A stretch of DNA of 63,752 bases, counting the filler, from Octopus bimaculoides (Eukaryota), in NCBI RefSeq assembly GCF_001194135.2. It is 9 parts of 9 records of this genome, joined end to end, with 100 filler letters (N's around TTAATTAATTAA, not from the genome) between each part and the next. Parts side by side here need not be neighbours in the genome. Positions count along the whole stretch, not along the records: positions 53,312 to 58,219 come from NW_026337190.1; positions 58,320 to 62,465 come from NC_068984.1; positions 62,566 to 63,752 come from NC_069007.1; 6 more parts are not named here. The stretch is one strand, 5' to 3'. Below the pieces are notes generated by a model, which saw only the letters and a program-made list of their open reading frames with translations, was not told the origin of the DNA and made no database searches. Each line of letters starts with the position of its first letter. Within the stretch, counting starts at the first letter, position 1. Positions 54,239 to 63,752 of this stretch are shown piece by piece. The translations under genes were made by a program, and so were the position numbers.

Positions 54239-54830
54239 AAGGGCAAGATTTACAGCCAGAAGTAGAGAAAGAATTTGCAGGAAGAAGGCGAGAGGGACGC
54301 ATGATCTATTTATACATAGACAAAGCAGTTCTGAATGAAGTAAAAGCTAGAAAGAAAAACCTAACAATAACATGGATAGATTATAGGAAAACCTATGATA
54401 TGATCCCACACACATGGATAAGTGAATGTTTGAGTATATTCCGTGTAACAGAGAACGTATGGGAATAAATTAGATTTAGCATGAAGAATTGGAAAGTAGA
54501 TCTCTACTTTCCTGCACTCTTAGGAAAAGTTAATATCAAAAGACGAATTTTCTAGGTGGACTCATTGTCCCCTATAATATTTGTCTTCTGCTTTATACCC
54601 CTCAGTTTAACATTAAGGAAGGCAAAGTGAGGGTGTCAGTTCAGTAGTAGTAAAGGAAAATTATCAAATTGATGTATATGGAAGATCTGAAGCTTTTTAG
54701 TAAAAATAGGAAAGAGATAGGTTTTTTAATCGAGATTGTAAGAATCTTCAGCAACTACAGAGGCATGGAATTTGGCATGGATAAATATGCAATATTAGTC
54801 ATGAGAAGTGGGCAAGTAGTCCACAGTAGA
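54238..54830 (+). mobile_element. R4/Dong-clade LINE RT fragment
   Basis: YIDKAVLNEVKARKKNLTITWIDYRKTYDMIPHTWI...IF*VDSLSPIIFV...LMYMEDLKLFSKN...GMEFGMDKYA (RT motifs with decayed YMDD). Confidence 0.85.
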
Positions 54831-55744
54831 ATCCTTAATGTTTGTTATTATCTTTAACAATTATGTATGTATGTATGAATGAATGTATGTACGTATGTGT
54901 CTATATATATATATATACATGTATATATATATATATATATNNNNNNNNNNNNNNNNNNNNNNNNNNNNNNNNNNNNNNNNNNNNNNNNNNNNNNNNNNNN
55001 NNNNNNNNNNNNNNNNNNNNNNNNNNNNNNNNNNNNNNNNNNNNNNNNNNNNNNNNNNNNNNNNNNNNNNNNNNNNNNNNNNNNNNNNNNNNNNNNNNNN
55101 NNNNNNNNNNNNNNNNNNNNNNNNNNNNNNNNNNNNNNNNNNNNNNNNNNNNNNNNNNNNNNNNNNNNNNNNNNNNNNNNNNNNNNNNNNNNNNNNNNNN
55201 NNNNNNNNNNNNNNNNNNNNNNNNNNNNNNNNNNNNNNNNNNNNNNNNNNNNNNNNNNNNNNNNNNNNNNNNNNNNNNNNNNNNNNNNNNNNNNNNNNNN
55301 NNNNNNNNNNNNNNNNNNNNNNNNNNNNNNNNNNNNNNNNNNNNNNNNNNNNNNNNNNNNNNNNNNNNNNNNNNNNNNNNNNNNNNNNNNNNNNNNNNNN
55401 NNNNNNNNNNNNNNNNNNNNNNNNNNNNNNNNNNNNNNNNNNNNNNNNNNNNNNNNNNNNNNNNNNNNNNNNNNNNNNNNNNNNNNNNNNNNNNNNNNNN
55501 NNNNNNNNNNNNNNNNNNNNNNNNNNNNNNNNNNNNNNNNNNNNNNNNNNNNNNNNNNNNNNNNNNNNNNNNNNNNNNNNNNNNNNNNNNNNNNNNNNNN
55601 NNNNNNNNNNNNNNNNNNNNNNNNNNNNNNNNNNNNNNNNNNNNNNNNNNNNNNNNNNNNNNNNNNNNNNNNNNNNNNNNNNNNNNNNNNNNNNNNNNNN
55701 NNNNNNNNNNNNNNNNNNNNNNNNNNNNNNNNNNNNNNNNNATT

Positions 55745-56050
55745 AGTTGACAAGTTTTCATGGATACACCACTCATATCAACAAGTTCGTCACTTATTCA
55801 TTGATTGTCCACCAAGAGCAGTTCATGAATTATCACGATGTTTTCATTCTTTCGGAAGGTCTACGGATGTCCTGAACGAGGTTGACTATCGGGCGACATG
55901 TCACCATTGCTATAGCATGAGAACCACTGCTGAACTTTTGTTTTAATTATAGCAGTGTCCTTGTATGCTGTCAGAAGTATTAACAACTCTTTCTGCTGCC
56001 GTTTTCGTCAGCGAAAAACAGAATTTCACGGAAGCATACTGTTCCTTCTT
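55745..56050 (-). mobile_element. Mariner transposase N-terminal HTH fragment
   Basis: EQYASVKFCFSLTKTAAE / AYKDTAIIKTKVQQWF..DSQPRSGHP..NENIVIIHELLLVD, matching the mariner pattern EQR..IKFCF.LGK...W..RF....D.PRSGRP. Confidence 0.7.
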
Positions 56051-57059
56051 TTCAGAAAACGCGAAAATCTACGAAAAAGGGAGAAGCACAGTAGGGCAAA
56101 CACGCACCACATGGCGGTAGGGCAGGGCTCGGAGACGCCAGTCGGCATACTGAATTCAGACGGTCGTGTCATGGAGCTTCTGGGGGCGGAAGCCTGAACT
56201 ACGACGGGCTTGTCCTACAGACAACTGAATACTACATCTGGTTTGTCCCACAGACATCGTCTCCAAACTTTCATATAACATACCATTATTGTTGCTTATT
56301 AATACAAAATCATGCCACTAAGGGACTATATAATCCGCAATAATGCATTATAACTTTAAACACGGCTAACAGCGTGACAATCGGGTGAAACGAAGAAGAT
56401 GTGATAATTTTCCTTCGTTTTAAAATCTCTCGATATTTTCTAGTTGCAAATACAAATGTAGTTTTCCGACTGGTAAACTACATTTTTATTTTTATTGTTG
56501 CCGTCAGTACTTCTGTTTTCTTTTTCTCATTCTTGTTTTTCGGATACTTACCATTTCCAAATCTCCTTCGGACTTAAGCATTGAGCTGAATACCTGAAGA
56601 ATGTCCAAACTCCAATGTTACTCAAAGAGAATCATCACGTAATATCGCTCCTCAGAGTTTTCCTGTCATACAACATAAGAGATTGCGACGAACTTCTAGA
56701 TTTCTTATTTGATTGTGTCCGAGTATTGAGAAGGATAATGAAATATAATCAAGATGTTATCAATACGGAAACCATGACGAAAATAGCAAGTCTAGATCAC
56801 AAACACGCGCACAGATACATACCTTCCGGTAATATAAGAATTTTAGTAAGGGAGATCTCTCTTGTTAGATCCCTTTATCTTTAATTTTCTTTCCATTCCA
56901 TTCTGGGACGATAAACAACGACGGATTCCCATTGAAATGAAGGCCAGAAGTTGAGTTAAAGAACCAGGAATTTCTTTTCCAATTCACCCTCGACTCTTAG
57001 TGAATGTCATAGCAAAGGAAAGAATCACTGAGTCAGAAAAACTATATTTTTAATTCATT

Positions 57060-57655
57060 CAATCAATGGACTGGGGCCATACTGGGGCACCGTCGTCAAC
57101 AATTTTAGTTGAATGAATCGACACCGGCATCTATTTTCTAAAACCTGGTAATTATTATATCGGTTGCTTTGCCGAACCGCGAAGTTACGGGAACGTAACT
57201 ATAAACAAACCTATTGTGAAGCGATGTTAAAGTCGGAAATAGACATACATACATACATACATACATACATACAAACATACATACGTACGTACGTATGCAT
57301 GTATGTATGTATGTATGTATGTATGCATGCATGTATGTATGTATGTATGTATGTATGTATGTATGTATGTATGTATGTATTCTTTTATACCTTTATTCGT
57401 TCTAGTCGTTTCCCTGCAACCAAACTGAAGTACGGTCTTGAAGGGCTTAAGTCGAATAAACCGACCCTGGGACTTATTTCTTAAACCTAGTATTTCTTCT
57501 ATCGGTGTCTTTTGTCGAACCGCTAAGTTACGGAGTGGTAAATAAACCAACACCGGTTGTCACACATGATGGCGAACAAACACAGGCACAAAACAACACA
57601 CACATACACGCACTAGCACACACACACGGAAACATATAGACACACGCGCACAGTA

Positions 57656-57689
<34 letters not shown>

Positions 57690-57840
57690 CTGGCTTCTTC
57701 CAGTGTTTGTTTACGAAATTCATTCATAAGGCTTTGGTCGGCCTGAGGTTATAGTAGAAGACACTTGAGCTAAGGTGCCGCGCCGTGGGACTGAACATGG
57801 AACCATGTAGTTTGGAAGCAATCTTCTTACCACCCTCGCA
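57060..57840 (-). mobile_element. SINE family B copies and fragments
   Basis: Tails at about 57060-57240 and 57412-57600, head at about 57688-57835. Further decayed family B pieces at about 370-540, 2540-2900, 8860-9200, 9900-10010, 28190-28400, 35330-35500, 44520-44610, 60850-61020 and 61620-62010. Confidence 0.7.
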
Positions 57841-58394
57841 TTCCTAATGGAAGCAACATTTGTGAACTTTCTCAGACATAAGTGTTTACGTACAAAAAAT
57901 GGAAAGAATGTAGAGATCGCTCCACAGGATGTTTGCATTCATAAAAAAACTCACGCATAATCTTTCGATAATCTTTCGCTTTAAGAATCCATAAAGTGGA
58001 GAAAACTAATTCAGTCTAATTGAAATTCTGCAATAATATTGAACGGATATTTTTTGCTCGTCCTCAAGTATATCTGGAAATATTTGGGGTCCTTGAAACC
58101 TTCGGACGGTAAACGCCTGGGAAAATCGTAAACGACATAAGAAACACTGATGATCTCATAAAAAGAAAGGATTTCTTTCGACATATTTTACAATGGTTAA
58201 GACATTTTGGGGGTTTTGANNNNNNNNNNNNNNNNNNNNNNNNNNNNNNNNNNNNNNNNNNNNTTAATTAATTAANNNNNNNNNNNNNNNNNNNNNNNNN
58301 NNNNNNNNNNNNNNNNNNNTATATATATATATATGCATATATATACATACATACACATTCATACATACATACACATATATATATATATATATAT

Positions 58395-59318
58395 ACACCG
58401 TCGAGTCAGATCCATCTCAAAGTGCCCATGATGAAAGTAATTGAAACTGAAACCATATAATAGTGAAAGTATTAATAGAGATGTTATTGTTTCACTTTTG
58501 ACATCTAATACGGAAACAATATTAGCAAGCAAACAATATTGACTCACCTAGTTCAAATTGATAAAGTGAAAAAGTGGGTTCCACATGAACTCGATGTAAT
58601 TCAAAAACAGCAACGTTTGGAAGCCAGCATTATGCTACTTTCTCGTCACAAAAATGAATAATTTTTTAATCGACTTGTAACATGTGATGCGAAATGGGTC
58701 CAATACAACAACCGTAAATGTTCAGCACAATGGTTGGACAAAGATGAGCCACCAAAATACAGTCCCAAAAGAAAAATTCATTAAAAGTAGCTGATGGTGT
58801 GTATTTAGTAGTCTGGCACATTATGATTTCATTAAACCTAGCTCATCGATCACGGTCGAAGTATACTGCAGCCAACTGGACCAAATGATGCAGAAACTTA
58901 CAAAAAAACAGCCTAGATTAGTCAAGAGATCCACTCCTATTTTATTGCAAGATAACACCAGACCACACATCGCAAAAATGACATTGGCGAAACTACAGGA
59001 GTTGTAGTTGGAAGTTCTCCATCATCCTCCATACTCACCTGATCTTGCTCCCATTGACTATCACTTCTTCCAGAATTTGGATACTTTTTCATACGAAAAA
59101 ATTTAATTCCGATGATGTTGTAAAACAGGCCTTCCAAGATTTTATTGACTCTAGATTGCCAGACTTTTAGTTCCAGGCTGGACAAGCTACCATTGAAATG
59201 GCAAAAGTGTATTGACAATATGGGTGCATACTTTGATAAATAAAACTATTCCTTGTATTTATAAGACATTAGCAAACTTTTTTTCTTTTCTACAAATTTC
59301 ATACTTGACGATCTAACA
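58395..59318 (+). mobile_element. Mariner (Mos1/Hsmar1-like) transposase pseudogene
   Basis: WVPHEL, RLVTCDAKWVQYNNRK..QWLDKDEPPK, LLQDNTRPH and HPPYSPDLAPIDYHFFQNLD motifs with stops and frameshifts. Confidence 0.92.
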
Positions 59319-59344
59319 TATATGTATTTATATATATGCAACCA

Positions 59345-59500
59345 GTATTAACAGGCATCAGAGAGCAAGGTAAAGGAGAAAAGTGGCTGCAACTGTACCA
59401 TCTGCATTGACCTGTAATCCTCATACTTGCAGCATGTGTGGGTTTCACTGCCAATCATTGGTGGGACTTAAACATCGCATTCACTATAAACATTGAGTGA
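59345..59500 (+). mobile_element. Possible RTE LINE 3' end (C2H2-like motif)
   Basis: Translates to HTCSMCGFHCQSLVGLKHRIHYKH, resembling the C..CG..C.S..GL..H C-terminus of RTE ORFs. Confidence 0.4.
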
Positions 59501-62500
59501 CAGAGAAAGTGTAGGTTGTCAGATCCCCATATGTTGAAACCAACGGGAGAGTCCATTATCATTATATATATACATGCATACATATATATATATAATGAAG
59601 AAATAAATAGGATAATTATCCCCTTATACAGCACAACTAATTAGTGCTCTAATAGAACCTCCAGAATATAAAACCAAGAAAGAGAGAACAAATTTCAAAG
59701 GTCAGTGTTCATATTCACTCAACATATTTCAAAGCATAGGTGCATTCATATACTCAAGATATAATGTAAAAATATATAAATATATATAAATACATAGATA
59801 TACTTGTGAGGTTGTATGTCCGTATTAAAATAAATGAGGATATTAAAATATGCTTTCAGTTTAGCATTCTGCCTCACTATTATTATTATTTTTTATTTTC
59901 CTATTACATCTCNNNNNNNNNNNNNNNNNNNNNNNNNNNNNNNNNNNNNNNNNNNNNNNNNNNNNNNNNNNNNNNNNNNNNNNNNNNNNNNNNNNNNNNN
60001 NNNNNNNNNNNNNNNNNNNNNNNNNNNNNNNNNNNNNNNNNNNNNNNNNNNNNNNNNNNNNNNNNNNNNNNNNNNNNNNNNNNNNNNNNNNNNNNNNNNN
60101 NNNNNNNNNNNNNNNNNNNNNNNNNNNNNNNNNNNNNNNNNNNNNNNNNNNNNNNNNNNNNNNNNNNNNNNNNNNNNNNNNNNNNNNNNNNNNNNNNNNN
60201 NNNNNNNNNNNNNNNNNNNNNNNNNNNNNNNNNNNNNNNNNNNNNNNNNNNNNNNNNNNNNNNNNNNNNNNNNNNNNNNNNNNNNNNNNNNNNNNNNNNN
60301 NNNNNNNNNNNNNNNNNNNNNNNNNNNNNNNNNNNNNNNNNNNNNNNNNNTTTTGACACCACACTTCCTGTTTAACACATAAGCCCTCAGCCTTTTTTAA
60401 ACACAGCACCATTCTTAATTCCATGCATCCTAATCTATCTAACAATTATCTACATGGATTACCATTGAACTTTAAAAACTCAAAGACAATATAATGTATT
60501 GGCATATTTATTTTTTTATATATTTTTAATATTTTTGTAAAAAAACATTATTTTCATTTTCCCTCTTCATGAAAATTTGCCATGCAATGAAAGCCAGTTA
60601 GAAATCCTTTTTAATCCTCCTTATTCACATCTATATTAAAATATGCTTTCAGTTTAGCATTCTGCCTCACTATTATTATTATTTTTTATTTTCCTATTAC
60701 ATCTCCACGTGCAGTTAACACAACCCCACCATTTACTGACTTATATATATTTCATATATAAAGTTTTATAGGAAAAGTATTGATTGACTTTAAAGTATCA
60801 GCTTGCTTACCTTCATCAGTCTGTCTGAAGCTGAAGTTTTTGAATCACTGTGTATGTAGATGCAGGTACAAGTTTGGCGGTATGATTAAAGAGTGTGTCT
60901 CCCAAGCACATGCTTTTGGATTTAGTCGTACTGGTGGCATTTTAAGCAAATGTTGTCTACTATTGTCCCAGACCAGCTAATGCCTTGTGAATGAATTTGG
61001 TTGAAGCAAAATGAAGGTAAGACCAAAAATGTGAAAATGTAGTTTCCTTTTGTTCTGATAAAAGTGTACAGGGTAGAATCAGAACTTTCATGGCCCTATA
61101 TATAAAATATAATCATTGTTGATCTCACAAAGGCTAGTATGTGTCTTGGTACTTGTGTCTTTGTTTCCATTTATGGTCTGTTGAAGTTATGAGTGTAAGT
61201 AATGTTGTTATTGTCACTTCTTTCAACAAATCATCCGCTCATTTTGTAACCTCAAAGGCATGTGAAATATGAGATTGTTTACTTGACAAGTAAATAAGGA
61301 TGAATGATAGGAAAGGCATCTCGCTGTAATATCATTGCCACAATAATACATTCATCTAACCCATGTTAGCATGGAAAACAGATAGAAAACAAATGATGGA
61401 ATGTATATTCATATGGGGGCAGTAGGGGGTAGAGTTGATTGAGCATTAGACAAAAAGTTTTGTAATATTTCATTATCATTTTCAATGTTCTGAATTCAAA
61501 TTCTGCTCAGGTCCACTTTTGTCTTTCATTCTTTAGGAGTCAATGAAATAAATACAGAGAATGAAGTTAATTTAATTGACTCCGACTTTATTAAAAATTT
61601 CCATTATCTTCTATTTATCATTTTTTATTTGTTTCACAAATTGGACTGTGGCCATCCTGGAGCACCACCTTGACGTGTTTACTCAAATAAATTCACCCCA
61701 GTACTTCTTTTTTTAATTTTGGTACTTATTCTGTCGGCTTCTTTTGCTGCACTACTAAGACATGGAGACATGCACAAGCCAATACTGGTTGTCAAGCAGC
61801 AGTAGGAGACACACACAACACAGACACAGTATACACACACGTGTATGTGTGTGATGAGTTTTCTTTCAATTTCTGCCTACCACATCCATTTACAACACTT
61901 TGTTCAGCCCAGAGCTAAAGCAGAAAACTTGCCAGAGGTGCAGTGCAATGGAAGTGAACCAAAGACCATGCAGGTAAGAGGCAAGGTTTTTCACCCACTT
62001 AGCCACACCTGCACCTATTGTTCAAGAATAGAAGCAAGAATTACTTTGGTTTCTTTTAATAATATATATAAAACAATGAATAATCTATTGTTCTAAAATA
62101 TTTGATTTTTTTTTTAAAGAGATTTTGTGTTTAAATTTAGACTAGAATGAGAAGAAACAAGAAAGTATAAAATGATACAAAAAAAGGGTAAAAAAAAATA
62201 AATAAAATCAATTTTTGTACAGTTTCTTGGAAGATCAATGTTACTTTTTAAGATTTTGCTGGGGGTTTTTTTTATGTGTATATGTGTTTATTTGCTGAGG
62301 ATATTTTTCTTCCCTTATCTTGCCCTGTGGTCAAACAAAAAAAGAAAAAACGAACAAAATGTATGCAACAATATCTTAAGCAGGGCCCTGTAGATCTCAG
62401 GGACAGCTTGCAGGTTGATAGGAGTATGCAAGATTCTATTAATAGTGGATATAACAGTCACAAATNNNNNNNNNNNNNNNNNNNNNNNNNNNNNNNNNNN

Positions 62501-62565
62501 NNNNNNNNNTTAATTAATTAANNNNNNNNNNNNNNNNNNNNNNNNNNNNNNNNNNNNNNNNNNNN

Positions 62566-62596
<31 letters not shown>

Positions 62597-62672
62597 TTAA
62601 TAAATTAAAAACATGCATAAGAAAGAAGCACACTCTAAAAAATAGAGCAGGAATTATTGCAACCAAATTTTA

Positions 62673-62738
62673 TATAGAGTTACCAAAGGTTTCACACACA
62701 CAAAGCCAAAACGTTGTAGACAGCTCGTCAGACTATAT
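62673..62738 (-). ncRNA. Type I hammerhead motif downstream of the Penelope GIY-YIG relic
   Basis: Minus strand: tatagt-CTGACGA-(31 nt, irregular stem II)-GAAA-CCTTTGG-TA-actctata; stem III ACC/GGT, GUA triplet, stem I AGT/ACT extendable with a bulge. Confidence 0.6.
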
Positions 62739-62949
62739 GAATACAAAAATTAAAAACATCTACGTGGCAAACGTGAGGAAATGCTTCCTCAGAACTCGAA
62801 GAATATGAGAAAATGTTAATGAGGACGTGTTATTTCCCCTTAATCAGAGAGAAAGAAACATCTCTATAGCTTCGGAGAGCTCTACTGAGTAAACGGGGGT
62901 GATCTAGTTTTCTAGTTAGTAGCGCTTGAAGTGGATACGTTTAGAAAAC

Positions 62950-63530
62950 ACTTCCTTACGGCTGTTTAATGCGCCAGGCTCCGCGATATAGACCTTGCAA
63001 CAGCCATTTACATTAATATACGGGTCCGGTTAATCAATTTATTTCCTCTTGATAGCACATGAGGTGCCTTGATATTTAAGGTGCCACATGGGGCACCAGG
63101 GACGTAACAAACCGTCTTTCTGAGACTCTGAAATCTGACTGGTGGTTCAGAAAACGTTTCTTGAACGAAGTACCCGCTGAACCAATATATTTATAAACAT
63201 GGGTTGTGGCCCTATTCGAACTCCTGGTAACATATGGCACGGGGCTGATCATCCCATTGGTAACACTCTGTGATGCTGATCCCGGCTCGGTTATTATCTC
63301 TGGGCGAGACAACTGTATAGAGACCTGGTTATTCTGCTAATAATATTGCTGATCGATGTTACATTACTGTTATTACGGATATTAGGTCTAGGTATCACCA
63401 CAACCTCATACATGTGCCCTTCAGCCTCGCATTAGCCACCTACTGGACAGTTGTTATATACCCTGCAAGAGTAATCTGCCTCCTCCTTTGTATTATTCTT
63501 TTTCCCTCTCATTTAGGGGCGATAACCCGT
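62950..63530 (-). mobile_element. Penelope-like retroelement relic, Zn-knuckle plus GIY-YIG endonuclease region
   Basis: Minus-strand translation gives YSCRVYNNCPVGG*CEAEGHMYEVVV and YKYIGSAGTSFKKRFLNHQSDFR, matching the PLE pattern C.C....CPL.G.C....VY...YIG..T.FK.R..NH; in-frame stops present. Confidence 0.7.
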
Positions 63531-63613
63531 CCTCACTAACGTGTTTCGTTATTAATCGATTTCTGAGCGTTTCCTCAAATCTGCGATGTAGATATTTTAA
63601 AATGTTGTTTTCA

Positions 63614-63682
63614 TATAGAGTCTGACGAGCTGTTCAAGAGGATTTAGCTTTGTGGGTGCAAAACCTTGGCTAACTCTCTATA
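63614..63682 (+). ncRNA. Degenerate inverted copy of the same hammerhead (inverted pseudo-LTR)
   Basis: tatagagt-CTGACGA-GC(27 nt)GC-AAAA-CCTTGGC-TA-actctcta; homologous to the reverse complement of about 62670-62790; GAAA mutated to AAAA. Confidence 0.5.
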
Positions 63683-63752
63683 AAATTTTGGTGTAATACA
63701 CATACACAGACACATACTCTCATACACACATAGATATATAATGTGTAATATA

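Noticed and set aside
59841-60705. Identical 72-bp repeat (59841-59912 and 60634-60705)
   Set aside because: The first copy ends exactly at an N gap; most likely a scaffolding artefact, though a true duplication is not excluded.
60780-60980. Cys-rich ORF considered as nAChR exon 2 or the Cys-loop exon
   Set aside because: No DExNQ, WxD, WxPD or CxxxxxxFPFD motif; overlaps a decayed family B SINE.

Overview
AT-rich, microsatellite- and transposon-dense animal genomic DNA from a gappy draft assembly. The SINE types and the (TA)n/(CA)n/(TAA)n/(TACA)n load point to a cephalopod, probably Octopus (inference from repeat content, no database search). Only one host coding segment is supported: a 213-nt first exon (50020-50232, +) of a nicotinic acetylcholine receptor-like Cys-loop channel. 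It has a signal peptide, the NYNKLIRP motif, LGIRISQILKV and a phase-0 GTAAGT donor. No later exon was found, so intron 1 probably exceeds 13 kb or exon 2 lies in an N gap. The rest is mobile DNA: several tRNA-derived SINE families, decayed RTE and R4/Dong-type LINEs, three mariner transposase relics, MITEs and Penelope-like element (PLE) relics. The clearest hidden structure is a set of type I hammerhead ribozyme (HHR) motifs of several different architectures. These include one near-intact motif (34310-34357), an inverted HHR pair bracketing a Penelope GIY-YIG relic (62673-63682), and a fold-back element with an HHR core in each arm (33621-33865). A near-perfect 110-130 bp-arm hairpin lies about 530 bp upstream of the receptor ATG. 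Most ORFs in the supplied track are microsatellite or N-gap artefacts. Coordinates were counted by hand; boundaries of decayed elements are approximate.
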